Source of the DNA: Mobula hypostoma
Taxonomy: Eukaryota
Assembly: GCF_963921235.1 (NCBI RefSeq)
Contig: NC_086097.1
Span: 212,600,001-212,664,000 of the forward strand
Direction: 5' to 3'
DNA length: 64,000 bases
Made by a program: the position numbers and the translations under genes. Of this stretch, positions 50,301 to 64,000 are shown piece by piece. Position 1 is the first letter of the stretch. The number at the start of each line of letters is the position of its first letter. The notes beneath the pieces were generated by a model. That model had not been told where the DNA came from, made no database searches, and was given only the letters and a program-made list of their open reading frames with translations.

Positions 50301-51519
50301 TAACAGAAAAAAATCACCATTGTGAAGTGTGTAAGACATTGCTGGATGACTATTTTTCTTGATTTTGGAGTAAAATTTTAAGAGCTTTTGGATACCATGT
50401 CAAGTGTTGCCTTAATGTCTAAGAGAATATTTCTCACATCATCACTGGAATTCAGATCTTTTGATCAACTTTGGCTCAAAACATATAGGAGTTTTGGTCG
50501 CAAAATTATCCTGGCCAGCAGGTACGCTGGTGTAGCTTGGAAGGGTTTAAATGAGCTTGGCAGGGGATAAGAACGAGAGCACCAGGTCAGAAAGTGGAAG
50601 GGGGTAAATGTCAGGGCCAGTAAAAGCAAAGTAATTGATATAATAAGACTGGTAGTTTGAAGTGTATGTATTTTACTGCTTGGAGTATTATGGGTAAAGG
50701 CAATGAACTTAGAGCATGGATCAGTAGATGGAACTATGATGTTGCGGCCATGACGGAGACTTCGCTAAGGGAGGGACAGGAATGGGTGCTTAATATCCCA
50801 GGGTTTCAATGTTTTAGAAAAGATATAGAGAGAGGAAAAAGAGGTGGGGGAGTTGCACTACTAATCAGGGACAATATCACAGAAGAACTCAGAGGAACAT
50901 AATGGAAGGTTTGTCCACTGAGCTTGTATAGGTAGAACTCAAAAATATGGACGGTGCGATTACACTGATGGGATTGTACTCTGGACCTCCCAATAGCCAT
51001 TGGGGCACTGGGGAACAGATATGCAGGCAGATTAAGGCAAGGTCTACAAACAATAGGGTTTTTGCCACGGGGGGACTTCAACTTTGCAAGTATAAACTGG
51101 GATCTTCTACGTTCAAGAGGTTTAGATGGGGAAGAGTTTGTCTAGTATCCAGAAGGGTTTCTTAAATTAATAAGCAGATAGTCCAACAAGCGAAGGGGCT
51201 GTACTGGATTTGGTAATGAGCCTCGCCAGGTGACTGACCTCTCAGTGGGTGGACAGTTCGGAAGAGTGATCACAAACCCTTGAGTTTTTAGATAGCTATA
51301 GATAAGAATAAAGATGGACCTTGTGGGAGAGTATTGAATTGGAACAGAGCAAATTATGAGAGCTTTAGGCAGGAGCTAGGGAGAGTTAATTGGGAAAAGC
51401 TGTTTTGTGCAACTCCACCTCTGATATGTGGAGGAAGGAAAGACAAGAATGACAAAGTAAGAGAACCTTGGATGTAGAGAGAGGTGAAAGAAGTAAAAGG
51501 AAACCGGAATCAGACAGAG

Positions 51520-51970
51520 CCATAGAAACCATAAAAACTACAGCACAGAAACAGGCCTTTTGGCCCCTCTTGGCTGTGCCGAACCATTTTCTGCCTAGTC
51601 CCACTGACCTGCACACGGACCATATCCCTCCATACACCTCCCATCCATGTATCTGTCCAATTTATTCTTAAATGTTAATAAAGAACCCGCATTTACCACC
51701 TCATCTGGCAGCTCATTCCATATTCCCACCACTCTCTGTGTGAAGAAGCCCCCACTAATGTTCCCTTTAAACTTTTCCCCCCTCACCCTTAACCCATGTC
51801 CTCTGGTTTTTTTCTCCCCTTGCCTCAGTGGAAAAAGCCTGCTTGCATTCACTCTATCTATACCCATCATAATTTTATATACCTCTATCAAATCTCCCCT
51901 CATTCTTCTACGCTCCAGGGAATAAAGTCCTAACCTATTCAACATTTCTCTGTAACTGAGTTTCTCAAGT
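51520..51970 (-). mobile_element. Young CR1 subfamily, short 3' fragment
   Basis: ORF 51595-51945 nearly identical to the end of ORF 52770-54650. Confidence 0.92.
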
Positions 51971-52691
51971 CCTGGCCCTTCAAGATTACAGAGAAACCAG
52001 AAAAGAACTCGAGAAGAGAATTCAGAAAGCTAGGAGGGGCCATGAAAAGTCCTTGGCAAGTAGGATTAAAGAGAATCCCAAGGTATTCTATACATACATC
52101 AAGAGCAAGGAGATAACTATGGAAAAGATAGGACCATTCAAGGATAAGGAACGGATATTAGAGGATAGGGAGATCAGTGCCAAGCATATTGATATACTGG
52201 GGCATTTCAAAGTAAAAGAGAAGGTAGCATTGGTTCTCTTAAAGAGCATTAAGGCGGTTAAGTCCCCAGGGCCTGATAGGATATACCTCAGGTTATTGAC
52301 AGAGGCAAGAGATGAAATTGCTGGGGCTTTGACCAATATCTTAATGTCCTCTCAAACCCCAGGCGAGGTCCCAGAGGGCTAGCAAGTAGCTAATGTTATT
52401 CCATTATTCAAGAAGGGAGGCAAGGATAATCCTGGAAACTATAGACTGGTGAATCTCACATCAGCAGCATGGAAGTTTCTGGAAAGAATTCTTAGGGATA
52501 GGATTTATGAGCATTTGGAAAACTATGGCCTAATTAGGGAGAGCCAGCATGACTTATTGTGGGGCAAGTCATGTCTTATTAACTTGTTTAAATTCTTCAA
52601 TGAGGTGACAAGGGTGACTCATGAAGGTAAAGTTATGGATGTTGTCTGCATGGATTTTCATAAGGCATTTTTCTCATGCAAGGCTCGTTCA

Positions 52692-54672
52692 TAGAACCAT
52701 AGAACCATAGAAACTACAGCACAGAAACGGCCTTTTGGCCCTTCTTGGCTGTGCCGAACCATTTTCTGCCTAGTCCCACTGACCTGAACACAGACCATAT
52801 CCCTCCATACACCTCCCATCCATGTATCTGTCCAATTTAAATGTTAAAAAAGAACCCGCATTTACCACCTTGTCTGGCAGCTCATTCCATACTCCCACCA
52901 CTCTCTGTGTGAAGAAGCCCCTCCTTATGTTCCCTTTAAACTTTTCTCCCCTCACCCTTAACCCATGTCCTCTGGTTTTTTTCTCCCCTTGCCTCAGTGG
53001 AAAAAGCCTGCTTGCATTCACTCTATCTATACCCATCATAATTTTATATACCTCTATCAAATCTCCCCTCATTCTTCTACGCTCCAGGGAATAAAGTCCT
53101 AACCTATTCAACCTTTCTCTGTAACTGAGTTTCTCAAGTCCCGGCAACTTCCTTGTAAACCTTCTCTGCACTCTTTCAACCTTATTTATATCCTTCCTGT
53201 AATTTGGTGACCAAAACTGAACACAATACTCCAGATCTGGCCTCACCAATGCCTTATACAACCTCATCATAACATTCCAGCTCTTATACTCAATACTTCG
53301 ATTAGTAAAGGTCAATGTACCAAAAGCTCTCTTTACGACCCTATCTACCTGTGACGACACTTTTAGGGAATTTTGTATCTGTATTCCCAGATCCCTCTGT
53401 TCCACCGCACTCCTCAGTACCTTACCATTAACCCTGTATGTTCTACATTGGTTTGTCCTTCCAAGGTGCAATACCTCACACTTGTCAGTATTAAACTCTA
53501 TCTGCCATTTTTCAGCCCATTTTTCCAGCTGGTCCAAGTCCCTCTGCAGGCTCTGAAAACCTTCCTCACTGTCTACTACACCTCCAATCTTTGTATCATC
53601 AGCAAACTTGCTGATCCAATTTACCGCATTATCATCCAGATCATTGATATAGATGACAAATAACAATGGACCCAGTACTGATCCCTGTGGCACACCACTA
53701 GTCACAGGCCTCCACTCAGAGAAGCAATTCTCTACCACCACTCTCTGGCTTCTTCCATCTAGCCAATGTCTAATCCAATTTACCACCTCTCCATTTATAC
53801 CTAGCAACTGAATTTTCCTAACTAACCTCCCATGCGGGACCTTGTCAGAGGCCTTACTGAAGTCCATGTAGACAACATCTACTGCCTTCCCTTCATCCAC
53901 TTTCCTGGTAACCTCCTCGAAAAACTCCAACAGATTGGTCAAACATGACCTACCACGCACAAAGCCATGTTGACTCTCCCTAATAAGCCCCTGTCTATCC
54001 AAATGCTTGTAGATTCTGTCTCTTAGTACTCCCTCCAATAACTTACCTACTACTGACGTTAAACTCACCGGTCTATAATTTCCCGGATTACTTTTCGATC
54101 CTTTTTTAAACAACGGAACAACATGAGCCACTCTCCAATCCTCCGGCACTTCACCCGTAGACAGCGACATTTTAAATATTTCTGCCAGGGCCCCCGCAAT
54201 TTCAACACTAGTCTCCTTCAAGGTCCAAGGGAACATTCTGTCAGGTCCCGGGGATTTATCCACTTTAATTTTCCTCAAGACAGCAAGCACCTCCTCCTTT
54301 TCAATCTGTACAGTTTCCATGGTCTCACTACTTGATTCCCTCAATTCCATAGATTTCATGCCAGTTTCCTTAGTAAATACAGACGCAAAAAACCTGTTTA
54401 AGATCTCCCCCATTTCCTTTGGTTCCGCACAAAGCCGACCACTCTGATCTTCAAGAGGACCAATTTTATCCCTTACAATCCTTTTGCTCTTAATATACTT
54501 GTAAAAGCTCTTTGGATTATCCTTCACTTTGTCTGCCAAGGCAACCTCATGTCTTCTTTTTGCCCTCCTGATTTCTTTCTTAAGTATTTTGCACTTCTTA
54601 TACTCCTCAAGCACCTGATTTACCCCCTGTTTCCTATACATTTCATACAACTCCCTCTTCTTCTTTATCAGA
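52692..54672 (-). mobile_element. Young CR1, 5'-truncated, with uninterrupted 626-aa ORF2 (RT) frame at 52770-54650
   Basis: Complete RT motifs ([44 protein letters not shown]) with no stops; flanks GTTCA at 52687-52691 and 54673-54677. Confidence 0.95.
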
Positions 54673-57600
54673 GTTCAGAAGATTAAATGCATGGGATCCA
54701 TAGTGAATTGGCTGTTTGGATACAGAACTAGCTTACAGACACAGGGTAGTAGTGGAAGGTACTTATTCTAGCTCCAGTCTGTCCTTAGTGGTGTTCCACA
54801 GAGATCTGTATTAGGACCTCTGCTGCTTGGGATGTACATAAATGACCTGGATGAAAATGTAGATTGCTGTGTTAGTAATGATACGAAGATTGGTGGTGTT
54901 GTGGATATAGTAGATGACTGGCAAAGAATATAGCAGGATATAGATCATTTGCAGGTATGGGTGTTGAAACGGAAGTTTAACTTGGCCAGATATGAAGTGT
55001 TGCACCTTGATAGGTCAAATGTAAAGGGACAGTGCACAGTTAAAGGCAAAACCCCTGAACAGTGTTGATGAGCAGTCCAAGTTCACAGCTCCCTGAAAGT
55101 GGCTGCACAGATTGACAGGATGGTAAAGATTACATATGGCATTCATGCCTTTATTAGTCAAGGCACTGTGTTCAAAAGTCAGGAAGTTATTCTGCAGCTT
55201 TATAAATCTCTAGTCAGGCTGCATTTGAATTATTACAAACACTTTTGGTTGCCCAATTATCTCGGAAGGATGTTGAGGCTCTGAAGAGGATGCAGAAGAG
55301 GCTTACCACAATGTTGCCCGGATTAGAGAGCACGAGCTATAACAAAAGGTTGAACAAACTTGGGTTGTTTTCTCTGGAGTGCTGGAGGGTGAGTGGAGAT
55401 CTGATAGAGGTTGATAGGATTATGAGAGGCATAGATAAACGGACAGTATCTTTTTCCAAAGGTTGAAATGTCTAATTCCAGAGGGCATGCATTTAAAGTG
55501 AGAGGGAGTAATTTCAAAGAAGATGTGAGGGGCAAGTTTTTTTTTACACAGAGAGGTAGGTACCCGGAATGTGCTACCTGAGGTGGTGATAGAGGCAGAA
55601 ACGTTAGAGACTTTTAAGAAACATTTAGGTAGACACATGAATTTGAGGAATGTGGAGCATATGGGCATTGTGTAGACAGAAGAGATTAGTTTGATTAGCT
55701 ATTTGATTACTAATTTAGTTGGTTCGGCACAACATGGTGGCTCTAAGAGCCTGTTCCTGTACTGTTCTATGTTCTATGTAAACACAAACCAGACAGATTA
55801 TTGCCAAGAAGCTGACACTCAATGGCACTATTGACAATTTAGCATGTATAACAATGCTGGTGATTGATAGTGAATAGATAGGCTGGTAAAAATACAGGTT
55901 GGATTTGCCCCACTTTCTGTAGTCAGGACATACCTAGGCAGTCTTCCACATGGTTTGCAAATGCCAATGTTGTTGTTGCCTTGGAACAGACTGGCTAAGG
56001 ATGTGGTTGATTTAGGATGACAAGTCTTCAGCACCTGAGAGAGAATTCTGACTGGGCTCATAGTCTTCACTGTTTTCAGCACCTCCAGTCTTGAGTTACA
56101 TCATTTGCTGAATCATATTTTTTTCTGAAGATTGTCTTCTTTGATGGTGTGGACTTCAGGAGGAAGATGTGAAAGATTATCCAGTCAACACTGTATAACT
56201 GTGCCACCAGTTCTGACAACTTTATTTTGGTCAAACAGAATACACAATGAGGTCCGCATAAAGGAATTTAGTATGTTGACTGAAAGGTTTAATTCTGCAG
56301 TTATGACTATGCTAGGCTGCAATCCAGATACTACACCTTCCCTTTAACTTACTTAGAAAAGGTGCCTATCCAAATGCCAATGACCGCCATAGTATATCAC
56401 TAAATCATTTTTGAATCTAGCAACACATGCCAGAGGATTATAAACTCAAGTCACAATTTTATTAACTATAACAACATACAACATTAAAAAATGCCCAAGT
56501 ACTGTGATGAGTATGTCCCCGCTGGGTTAATTACCCTTTGAGAGTATGCTTTCTGATTTATAGTCTCTAAATTATCAACTGCATTTCTAGGAAAATTCCT
56601 CAGCTGTCTATTCCAGTATAAACCTCTGATTTGCTAATTCACACTCTTTCCAGATCTTGTTTTTTCAGAACTTCATTCATTTCTCAATTCTGAAAATTAG
56701 GTCAGTATTTAAATTTCTTGTACATTTCTCTTAACTAATTGATTTGATACAAAATCAAACAACATGTCATGTAACTTTTGGATTAACAATTCATATAACA
56801 CCACATAAAAATAGGTCACATATTTCACACAGAAATGGATTATTGATTCACTTTCCTGAGGTGCAAGGAATTGTAATTATGGGTCAAATTTGTAATTAAA
56901 TCAATATCTTTAGAAAGGAATATAGCAGATCTTTGTTGTGCAGATGTCTTACAATTTAAATTAATAGCATAATCTGTAAATTAAATTATTGACCAGCCTG
57001 AGAACAAAGTCCTCATTGAATATTATGGTTTTAAAGAACACAACAAAGACTTCGTCAGGAGACATCATTTAGAGACTATTGTCTTGTTCAAGTAATAATG
57101 TTAATAATTAGTCAAGGTTCTATATTACTTCATGGTTACAAAATATTGTTGCTAAATGATGTTTATATAAAACACAACAATCACTAAGTTTGATTTGAAA
57201 GTTAATAGGTTAGTTTACTGATTTTATAGATTGCTTTCTTATCTGATTTACCTGACTTAACATCGCTCAGTACAAGAAAATAGAAATAAAGATTGTTGAG
57301 TGTAAATTATAAATAGAAGAGAGAGCAGCATGCATGTTAGAGTTGACCCTTGGGGAAAATGTGCTCATGCCTGTTAAATTTCATAGATCCTAAGGTCTAG
57401 ACCCCACAGCATCATCAATACAACTATAGGAGATAAACCTCTTCCATTTTCAAGAACTTGACATTCTTGGGCTAATTAATGTTCATCGAATTTGTCCTAA
57501 GGTTATAGTGATTTGCATATTATGCTATAGTTAATTCTAACAAATCTGCTCCTCCCAGCCTGATAAATGCGACTGAATAACAATGTTTAGAATGAGTTCT

Positions 57601-60184
57601 ATTTTGCATTTAATTTATTTTATTCTCTTTAAATGACAGATTGCTTTTGTGTGCATATGACTACTTTAATTGGAAACTATTGAAAACTATTTGAAATAAA
57701 ATCTACATTCTTTGCAGCCTCTTACAAGATACCACAGTGTCTGGATTCATTTTGTTAATTAAAACTAAGTTTCTCCTGATCATTATTCAAGAATTTTCTA
57801 AGTAATTTTCAGAAGATGACACATGTTTAGAGGAAATAGATTTTTTTAAGTATCAGCACAGCAATAAGATTGCTGTTTCCATAATACTTCTACTTTGTGG
57901 ATTGTATTAAAAACAAATGGTGCTTATCTCGCTACATGAATTTTAAAATCTAAAAGAGGAAAGGCCTGCTGTCCACACCATGGGATCTTACTGCTCTTTA
58001 ATTTTCTTTAATTTGTGAAGTGAATAACAAAATACTCATAATACAATTAGTGGATAATCAGGCTTGTAATTATGATAATTGCTGGAGACTTGCATCAATC
58101 CTCCAGCAAAGTGATAGAATTTCAGGGGAGCTATTAAAACGAGAGAGAGAGTGAGCGCAAGCGAGGATAAATTGATGAATGGCTTAGTTCGGCTTATATT
58201 ATTGGACAATTTCTTACAATGGCTCCTCAATGCAAAAAGCCTCAAGGGGTGACAAAGAAAGTGAGGTTTGTGAATCAGTGAACAAATATGTCTGATCTGT
58301 TCTTGTCATGTAAGCAGCACTGATAAACATCGTTATTTACTGTAATAAGCTTCATAATACTTAGATTTTGCAAGGATTGTATGTAGAAACTGAAGCAGTA
58401 GTGAGTAATTGTATGAACAGGTTTCATTAATCTGTGGCCTCTTGTGAACAACAGCAAGACATTTGTTCAAACATTAACAGATACCGCAGGGAGAATAAGT
58501 AAGGAAGACAAACTAATAGAGATTAAGCACTCAATTGGAGCAGTGCTGATGGAAAGGATTTAGTTTCATCTGGTTAAAGACCTGTTTTAGCTGGGTGGTG
58601 GTTACAGTACAGGTGTAATAATACATGCTGCAAATTTGATATGTGAATCGTGTAACATTCATCTGCAATGATTGAAATAAGACAGTTGCATTTTCAATAG
58701 GCAAAGAAACTGCATTCATCTTGAAAGGTCACAGGAAGCTGATGAGAAATGGCAGACACAGAGTCTGCTCTATTCATAATGTAATCAACCCTGCTTAAAA
58801 GGGCAACATCTGCCTGATGTGGGTTTTTGAACCCTCTTCTGCTGCCTCTAATTTAATACAATTTGGGCAGAAAGATTGTTCAGTGGAACAGTTTTGTACT
58901 TCAGAATACCAATGATGTTGATGAATTTGACAGTCATGCTTGATCTCTAACTTTTTTTGTACGTGAACTTTGTTATACATTTTCCCTTTAATTACTTCAT
59001 CAAAATTATGAGGAGCAGCATTGCAAACATAAATAACAAAACAAAACTCTTATTTCTCTTCAAATATTCTAGGAATTAGAAAAAAATCAAATTCAATGGA
59101 AACTGATGTTGGCCAGACTTTTTTAAAAAATGTGTTCTTATACTGGGACACATGATTGCATATATGTATGAGAAATTATTCACCAAGCATGAATAATTCA
59201 GGTCCCAAATGTTCTCTCTGATGCTTTTTAACAGAGAAAGGAATTTCTTCTTTTTTGATGTTGTGTGAAAATCTCTCAGGTCCTTCTGTAGAAAAAAAAT
59301 CCAAAATTATAACATGGATTTCATATGTAATCAAAATATAAAGTCACCTCTCATGACATGTGTCATTCTTAGCTGTGTTTAAATTAGAATATCACAGTTT
59401 CAATTTGTACCTCACAGGCTGATGGTTGAGTGAAATAAGCAAAATCTGGTCAGCTAATAATTCACATTTCCTGAAATCCTTATTTGCTATCAGAATTAGG
59501 CAGTTGACAGCATGAAAACTAAAACCCAGAGTCATTTAATTACTTCACATCATTTTTCCAATGTTGCATTCTGACAGAACCTACTAGAAGACTCAAGACT
59601 TAATTATGATGAATTAATTAAAATAGCAGAAGGTCCTGCACTAAGTTTAATTGGGAAGATATAATCTTCTTTCTGGCACTAAGGGTTCAAATTCCATTTC
59701 AGTCCAGGAGTTAATCAGTTCATCAGAACTGTCACTGGGGATGACTAGTAGATAGAAGTAGACCACATTGTTCGCAATGGCCCATGGGAAGTTGCAACTG
59801 AACAGAGAAAGAGGCAGGAAGTTGGTTCTGAATTAGAAAGCTGGCAAAAATTGGAGATGAATAGATTCAGTAACATAACATTAAGCTCAAATACATTTTC
59901 TTTCCATTGATAAGTTTTACTTCATAGCCTAAATTGATTATAGGTAAAAAAAATAGAATGATATATTCTTTCTCTATGATAATTTACTCTAAAATGTGAA
60001 ATTCCCTGCATATCTTGGAGCTCAGTCTTTGTAAACAAGGACCTTATTTGTTTAGTGTTAGAGAGTACTTTGGAATTAAGCGATTAAAGCAGATATTAAT
60101 TCAAACAAGAATTAGTCTTTACTTCTTAACATGGACTGTAAATTGCAAGGAGTAAATTGAAGGCCAATGTCAAGCATGCCTTAG

Positions 60185-62410
60185 CTGATCTGAGCAATGG
60201 GATCAACATTCACAATCAGCGCACCCTAACGCCTTCACCATCGTTTTGGGAGATCTTAACCAGGCCAGTCTGAAAAAAATCACTAAGCAACTACCATCAA
60301 CAGATCACTTGCAGTACCAGAGGAAACAACACACTGGACCGTAGGTACACCACCATCAAGAATGCCTACTGTGCTATTCCATACCTTTACTTCGGCAAGT
60401 CTGATCACCTGGCTGTACTTCAACTCCCTGTGTATAGGCAGAGACCGAAGACTGCAGCACCAGCAGTGATGACCAGGAAGGTTTGGACAAGGGAAACACA
60501 GGAACGCTTACAGGACTGCTTTGAATTGGTGGACTGGACTGTATTCAGGGATTTATCTTCAAACCTAGATGAGTATGCTGCAGTTGTTAGCGACTTCATT
60601 AAAACCTGTGTGGTTGAGTGTGTGCCTACAAATACTTACTGTATATTCCCAAACCAAAAGCTGTGGATGAACCAGGAGGTACTTCATCTGCGAAGGCTAG
60701 ATCTGTAACATTCAAATCCAGCGACCCAGGCCTGTACCAGAAAACCAGGTATGATTTGCGGAGGGCTATTTCAAGGGTGAAGAGACAATTTTGAATGAGG
60801 TCGGAGGCAACGTCGGATGCACGGCAACTCTGGTAGTGTCTGCAAGATATTACTTCCTACAAAGTGAAACCCAATAGCATGAATGGCAGCGATGCTTCAC
60901 TACCAGATGAACTCAATGCCTTCTCTGCTTGCTTTGAAAGGGAGAACACAACTACAGCTGTGAAGATCCCTGCCGCACATGATGACCCTGTGATCTCCAT
61001 CTCAGAGGCTGATGCTAGGCTGTCTTTAAACAGAGTGAACCCTTGCAAGGCGGAAGGTCCCAAATGGAGTACCTGGTAAGGCTCTGAAAACCTGTGCCAA
61101 GCAACTAGCAGGAGTATTCAAGGACATTTTCAACCTCTCACTGCTATGGGCGGAAGCTTCCACTTGCTTCAAAAAGGCAACGATTATACCAGTGCCCAAG
61201 AAGATTAATGTGGGCTGCCTTAATGACTATCTCCTAGTAGCTCTCACATCGACTATGATGAAATGCTTTGAGAGGTTGGTCATGGCTAGACTGAGTTTCT
61301 GCCTCAGCAAAGACCTAGACCCATTGAAATTTACCTATTATCACAATAGGTCAACAGCAGACACAATTTCAATGGTTCTCCACATGGCTTTAGACCACAT
61401 GGACAACACAAACATCTACATCAGGATGCTGTTCATCGACTGTAGCTCAGCATTTAATACCATCATTCCCACAATCCTGATTGAGAAATTGCAGAACCTG
61501 GACCTTCATACCTCCATCTGCAATTAAATCCTCAACTTCCTAACCAGAAGACCACAATCTGTGCAGATTGGTGATAACATATCCTCCTCGCTGACGATCA
61601 ACGCTGGTGCACCTCAGGGGTGTGTGTTTAGTCCACTGTTTTACTCTCTATATACACATGACTGTGTGGCTAGGCATAGCTCAAATACCATCTACAAATT
61701 TGCTGATGATACAACCATTGTTGATAGAATCTCAGGTGGTGATGAGAGGGCGTACAGGAGTGAGATGTGCCAACTAGTGGAGTGGTGCCGCAGCAACAAC
61801 CTGGCACTCAATGTCAGTAAGACGAAAGAGCTGATTGTGGACTTCAGGGAGGGTAAGACAAAGGAACACATACCAATTGTCATAGAGGGATCAGAAGTGG
61901 AGGGAGTGAACAGCTTCGAGTTCCTGGGTGTCAAGATCTCTGAGGATCTAACCTGGTCCCAAGATATCAATGTAGTTATAAAGAAGGCAGGACAGCGGCT
62001 ATACTTCATTCGGAGTTTGAAGAGATTTGGCATGTCAACAAATACACTCAAAAACTTCTATAGTTGTACCGTGGAGAGCATTGTGACAGGCTGCATCACT
62101 GTCTGGTATGGAGGGGCTACTGCACAGGACCGAAAGAAGCTGCAGAAGTTGAAAATCTAGTCAGCTCCATCTTGGGTACTAGCCTACAAAGTACCCAGGA
62201 CATCTTCAGGGAGCAGTGTCTCAGAAAGGCACTGTACAGTATTTCTGTTTTTGCACGTTTTTAAAAAAATCTATTCAATATATGTAATTGATTTACTTGT
62301 TTATTTTTTTTTCTCTCTGCTAGATTATGTAGTGCATCGAACTGCTGCTGCTAAGTTATCAAATTTCACTTCACATGCCGGTGTTAATAAACTTGATTCT
62401 GATTCTGAAG
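60185..62410 (+). mobile_element. Rex1/Babar LINE, long decayed copy (APE end, RT, 3'UTR)
   Basis: GKSDHLAV, VALTSTMMKCFERLV, GAPQGCVFSPLFYSLYTHDC, KFADDTTIV; gattctgattctga tail. Confidence 0.92.
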
Positions 62411-62449
62411 TTAAAAGCACTCCTTTGCACTGTCAATGAAGCATCGGCT

Positions 62450-64000
62450 GGCCCAGAGCCAAGAAATTATGTATTTCAGAGGAAGTTCACAAAAATGATT
62501 TCAGGATTGAATAGCTTGTCATATAGTGTTTGATAGCTCTGGGCCTGTATTCATTAAAATTCAGAAGAATGAGTGGGTGATCAAATTGAAACCTATCGAA
62601 TGGTGAAAGGCCTTGATTGTGAAGAGGAGATTCCCCATGGTGGGAGAGTCTAAGACCAGAAGACACAGCTCAGGATAGAGGGGTGGACTTATAGAATGGA
62701 AATCAAGAGGAATTTCTTTTAACAGAGAACGGTGAATCTGTGGAATTCTTTGCCATAGGCAGCTGTGGAGACCAAGTCTTTATGTATATAAAGGAGGCAT
62801 GGGATCCAAGGAGACCTTGCTTTGTGGATCCAGAAATGGCTTGCCTACAGAAGGCAATGGATAGTTGTAGATGGTTTGTATTCTGCATGGAGGTCAGTGA
62901 CCAGTGGTGTTCCGCAGAGATCTGTTCTGGGACCCCTCCTGTTTGTGATTTTTATAAATGACCTGGATGAAGAAATAGAAGGGTAGGTTACTAAGTTTGC
63001 TGATGACACAAAAGTTGGAGGTGTTGTGGATAGTCTGGAGGGTTGTCAGAGGTTACAACTGGACATTGAGAGGATGCAGAACTGGGCTGAGAAGTGGCAG
63101 ATGGAGTTCAACCCAGATAAGTGTGAAGTGGTTCATTTTGTAGATCAAATGTGATGACAGAATATAATATTAATAGTAAGACTCTTGGCAGTGTGGAGGA
63201 TCCTGGGGTGTACTCACAGGACACTCAAAGCTGCAGCGCAGGTTGACAGTGTTTTTAAGATGGCGTGTGGTGTGTTGGCATTCATCGCCCATGGGATTGA
63301 GTTCAAGAGTTGTGGGGTAATGTTATAGCTAAATAAGACCTTGGTCAGACCCCACTTACAGTACTGTGTTCAGTTCTGGTCACTTCACTATAGGAAGGAT
63401 GTGGATAATATAGAAAGAGTGTAGAGGAGCTTTACAAGGAGGTTGCCTGGATTGGAGAGAATGCCTTATGAGAATAGGTTGAATGAACTTGGCCTTTTCT
63501 CTTTGGAGCGATGAAGGATGAGAGGTGACCTGATAGAGATGTGAAGCATTGATCATGTGGATAGCTGGAGGCTTTTCCCCAAGGCTGAAATGGCTAACAC
63601 GAAGGAGCATAGTTTTAAGGTGCTTGGAAATAAGTACCCAGGGGATGTCAGAGGTATGCTTTTCACACAGAGAGTGGTAGGTGCATGAAATACAGAGAAG
63701 GTGGTAGAACCGGATACAATAGGGTCTTTTAAGAGACTCTTAATAGGTACATGGATCTTCTAAAAATAGAGGGCTATGTGGTAAGGTAATTCTAGGCAGT
63801 TTCTAGAGTAGGTTACGTGGTTGGCACAACATTGTAGCCGAAGGGGCCTGTAATATGCTGTAGATTTCTATTTTCTATGTTCTATGTATATTTAAGGCAG
63901 AAGTTGATAGAATCGTGATTGGTCAGGGCATGAAGGGATATAGGGAGAAGGCAGGAGATTGGGGTTGAGAGGAAAATTGGATCAGCCATGATGAAATGCC
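62450..64000 (+). mobile_element. CR1 3' fragment with a second CR1 (~62790-63883) nested in it
   Basis: KFADDTKVGGVV at ~62993-63028, tail ttctatgttctatgt, duplicated tatgtatat at the junctions. Confidence 0.85.

Larger units (their letters stand above)
50480..55780 (+). mobile_element. Old CR1 LINE, host of two young antisense CR1 insertions
   Basis: APE (WNYDVAAMTET, GGGVALLIRD), RT remnants at 52053-52690 and 54673-55660, tail gttctatgttctatgt. Confidence 0.88.

Noticed and set aside
1..64000. CRISPR arrays, operons, retrons or other prokaryotic systems
   Set aside because: The sequence is vertebrate; there is no repeat-spacer array, and all RT ORFs are LINE or LTR types.

Overview
Vertebrate genomic DNA, probably from a cartilaginous fish (inferred from the HE1-like V-SINE and the CR1, Rex1 and Penelope repertoire). 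The only host gene is TOX on the minus strand. Its first coding exon is at 6548-6649 (MDVRFY...PCLGPSPCLDPYYCNK, then a GT donor), intron 1 runs off the left edge, and a GC/CpG-rich promoter lies at about 6650-7330. The ~57 kb upstream is mostly nested, decayed transposable elements: CR1, Rex1/Babar, I/Nimb-like and RTE LINEs, Penelope-like elements (PLEs), three Gypsy elements, a solo LTR, hAT and mariner elements, and SINEs. Highlights: (1) a Mag-like Gypsy provirus (20175-26702; paired LTRs, PBS, PPT, perfect TTAAC TSD) whose RT-RNaseH-integrase region is replaced by an intronless RBM25 cDNA fragment, later split by a CR1 > PLE > hAT nest; (2) several minimal hammerhead ribozyme motifs at PLE termini, one interrupted by a hAT insertion and one at an inversion breakpoint; (3) a 1.5 kb G-rich array inside a Rex1 LINE; (4) a young CR1 subfamily with an open 626-aa RT ORF; (5) uORFs in the TOX leader and a TE-poor candidate enhancer block. 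All family calls come from recalled motifs; no database searches were run, and boundaries without a TSD or TIR are approximate.
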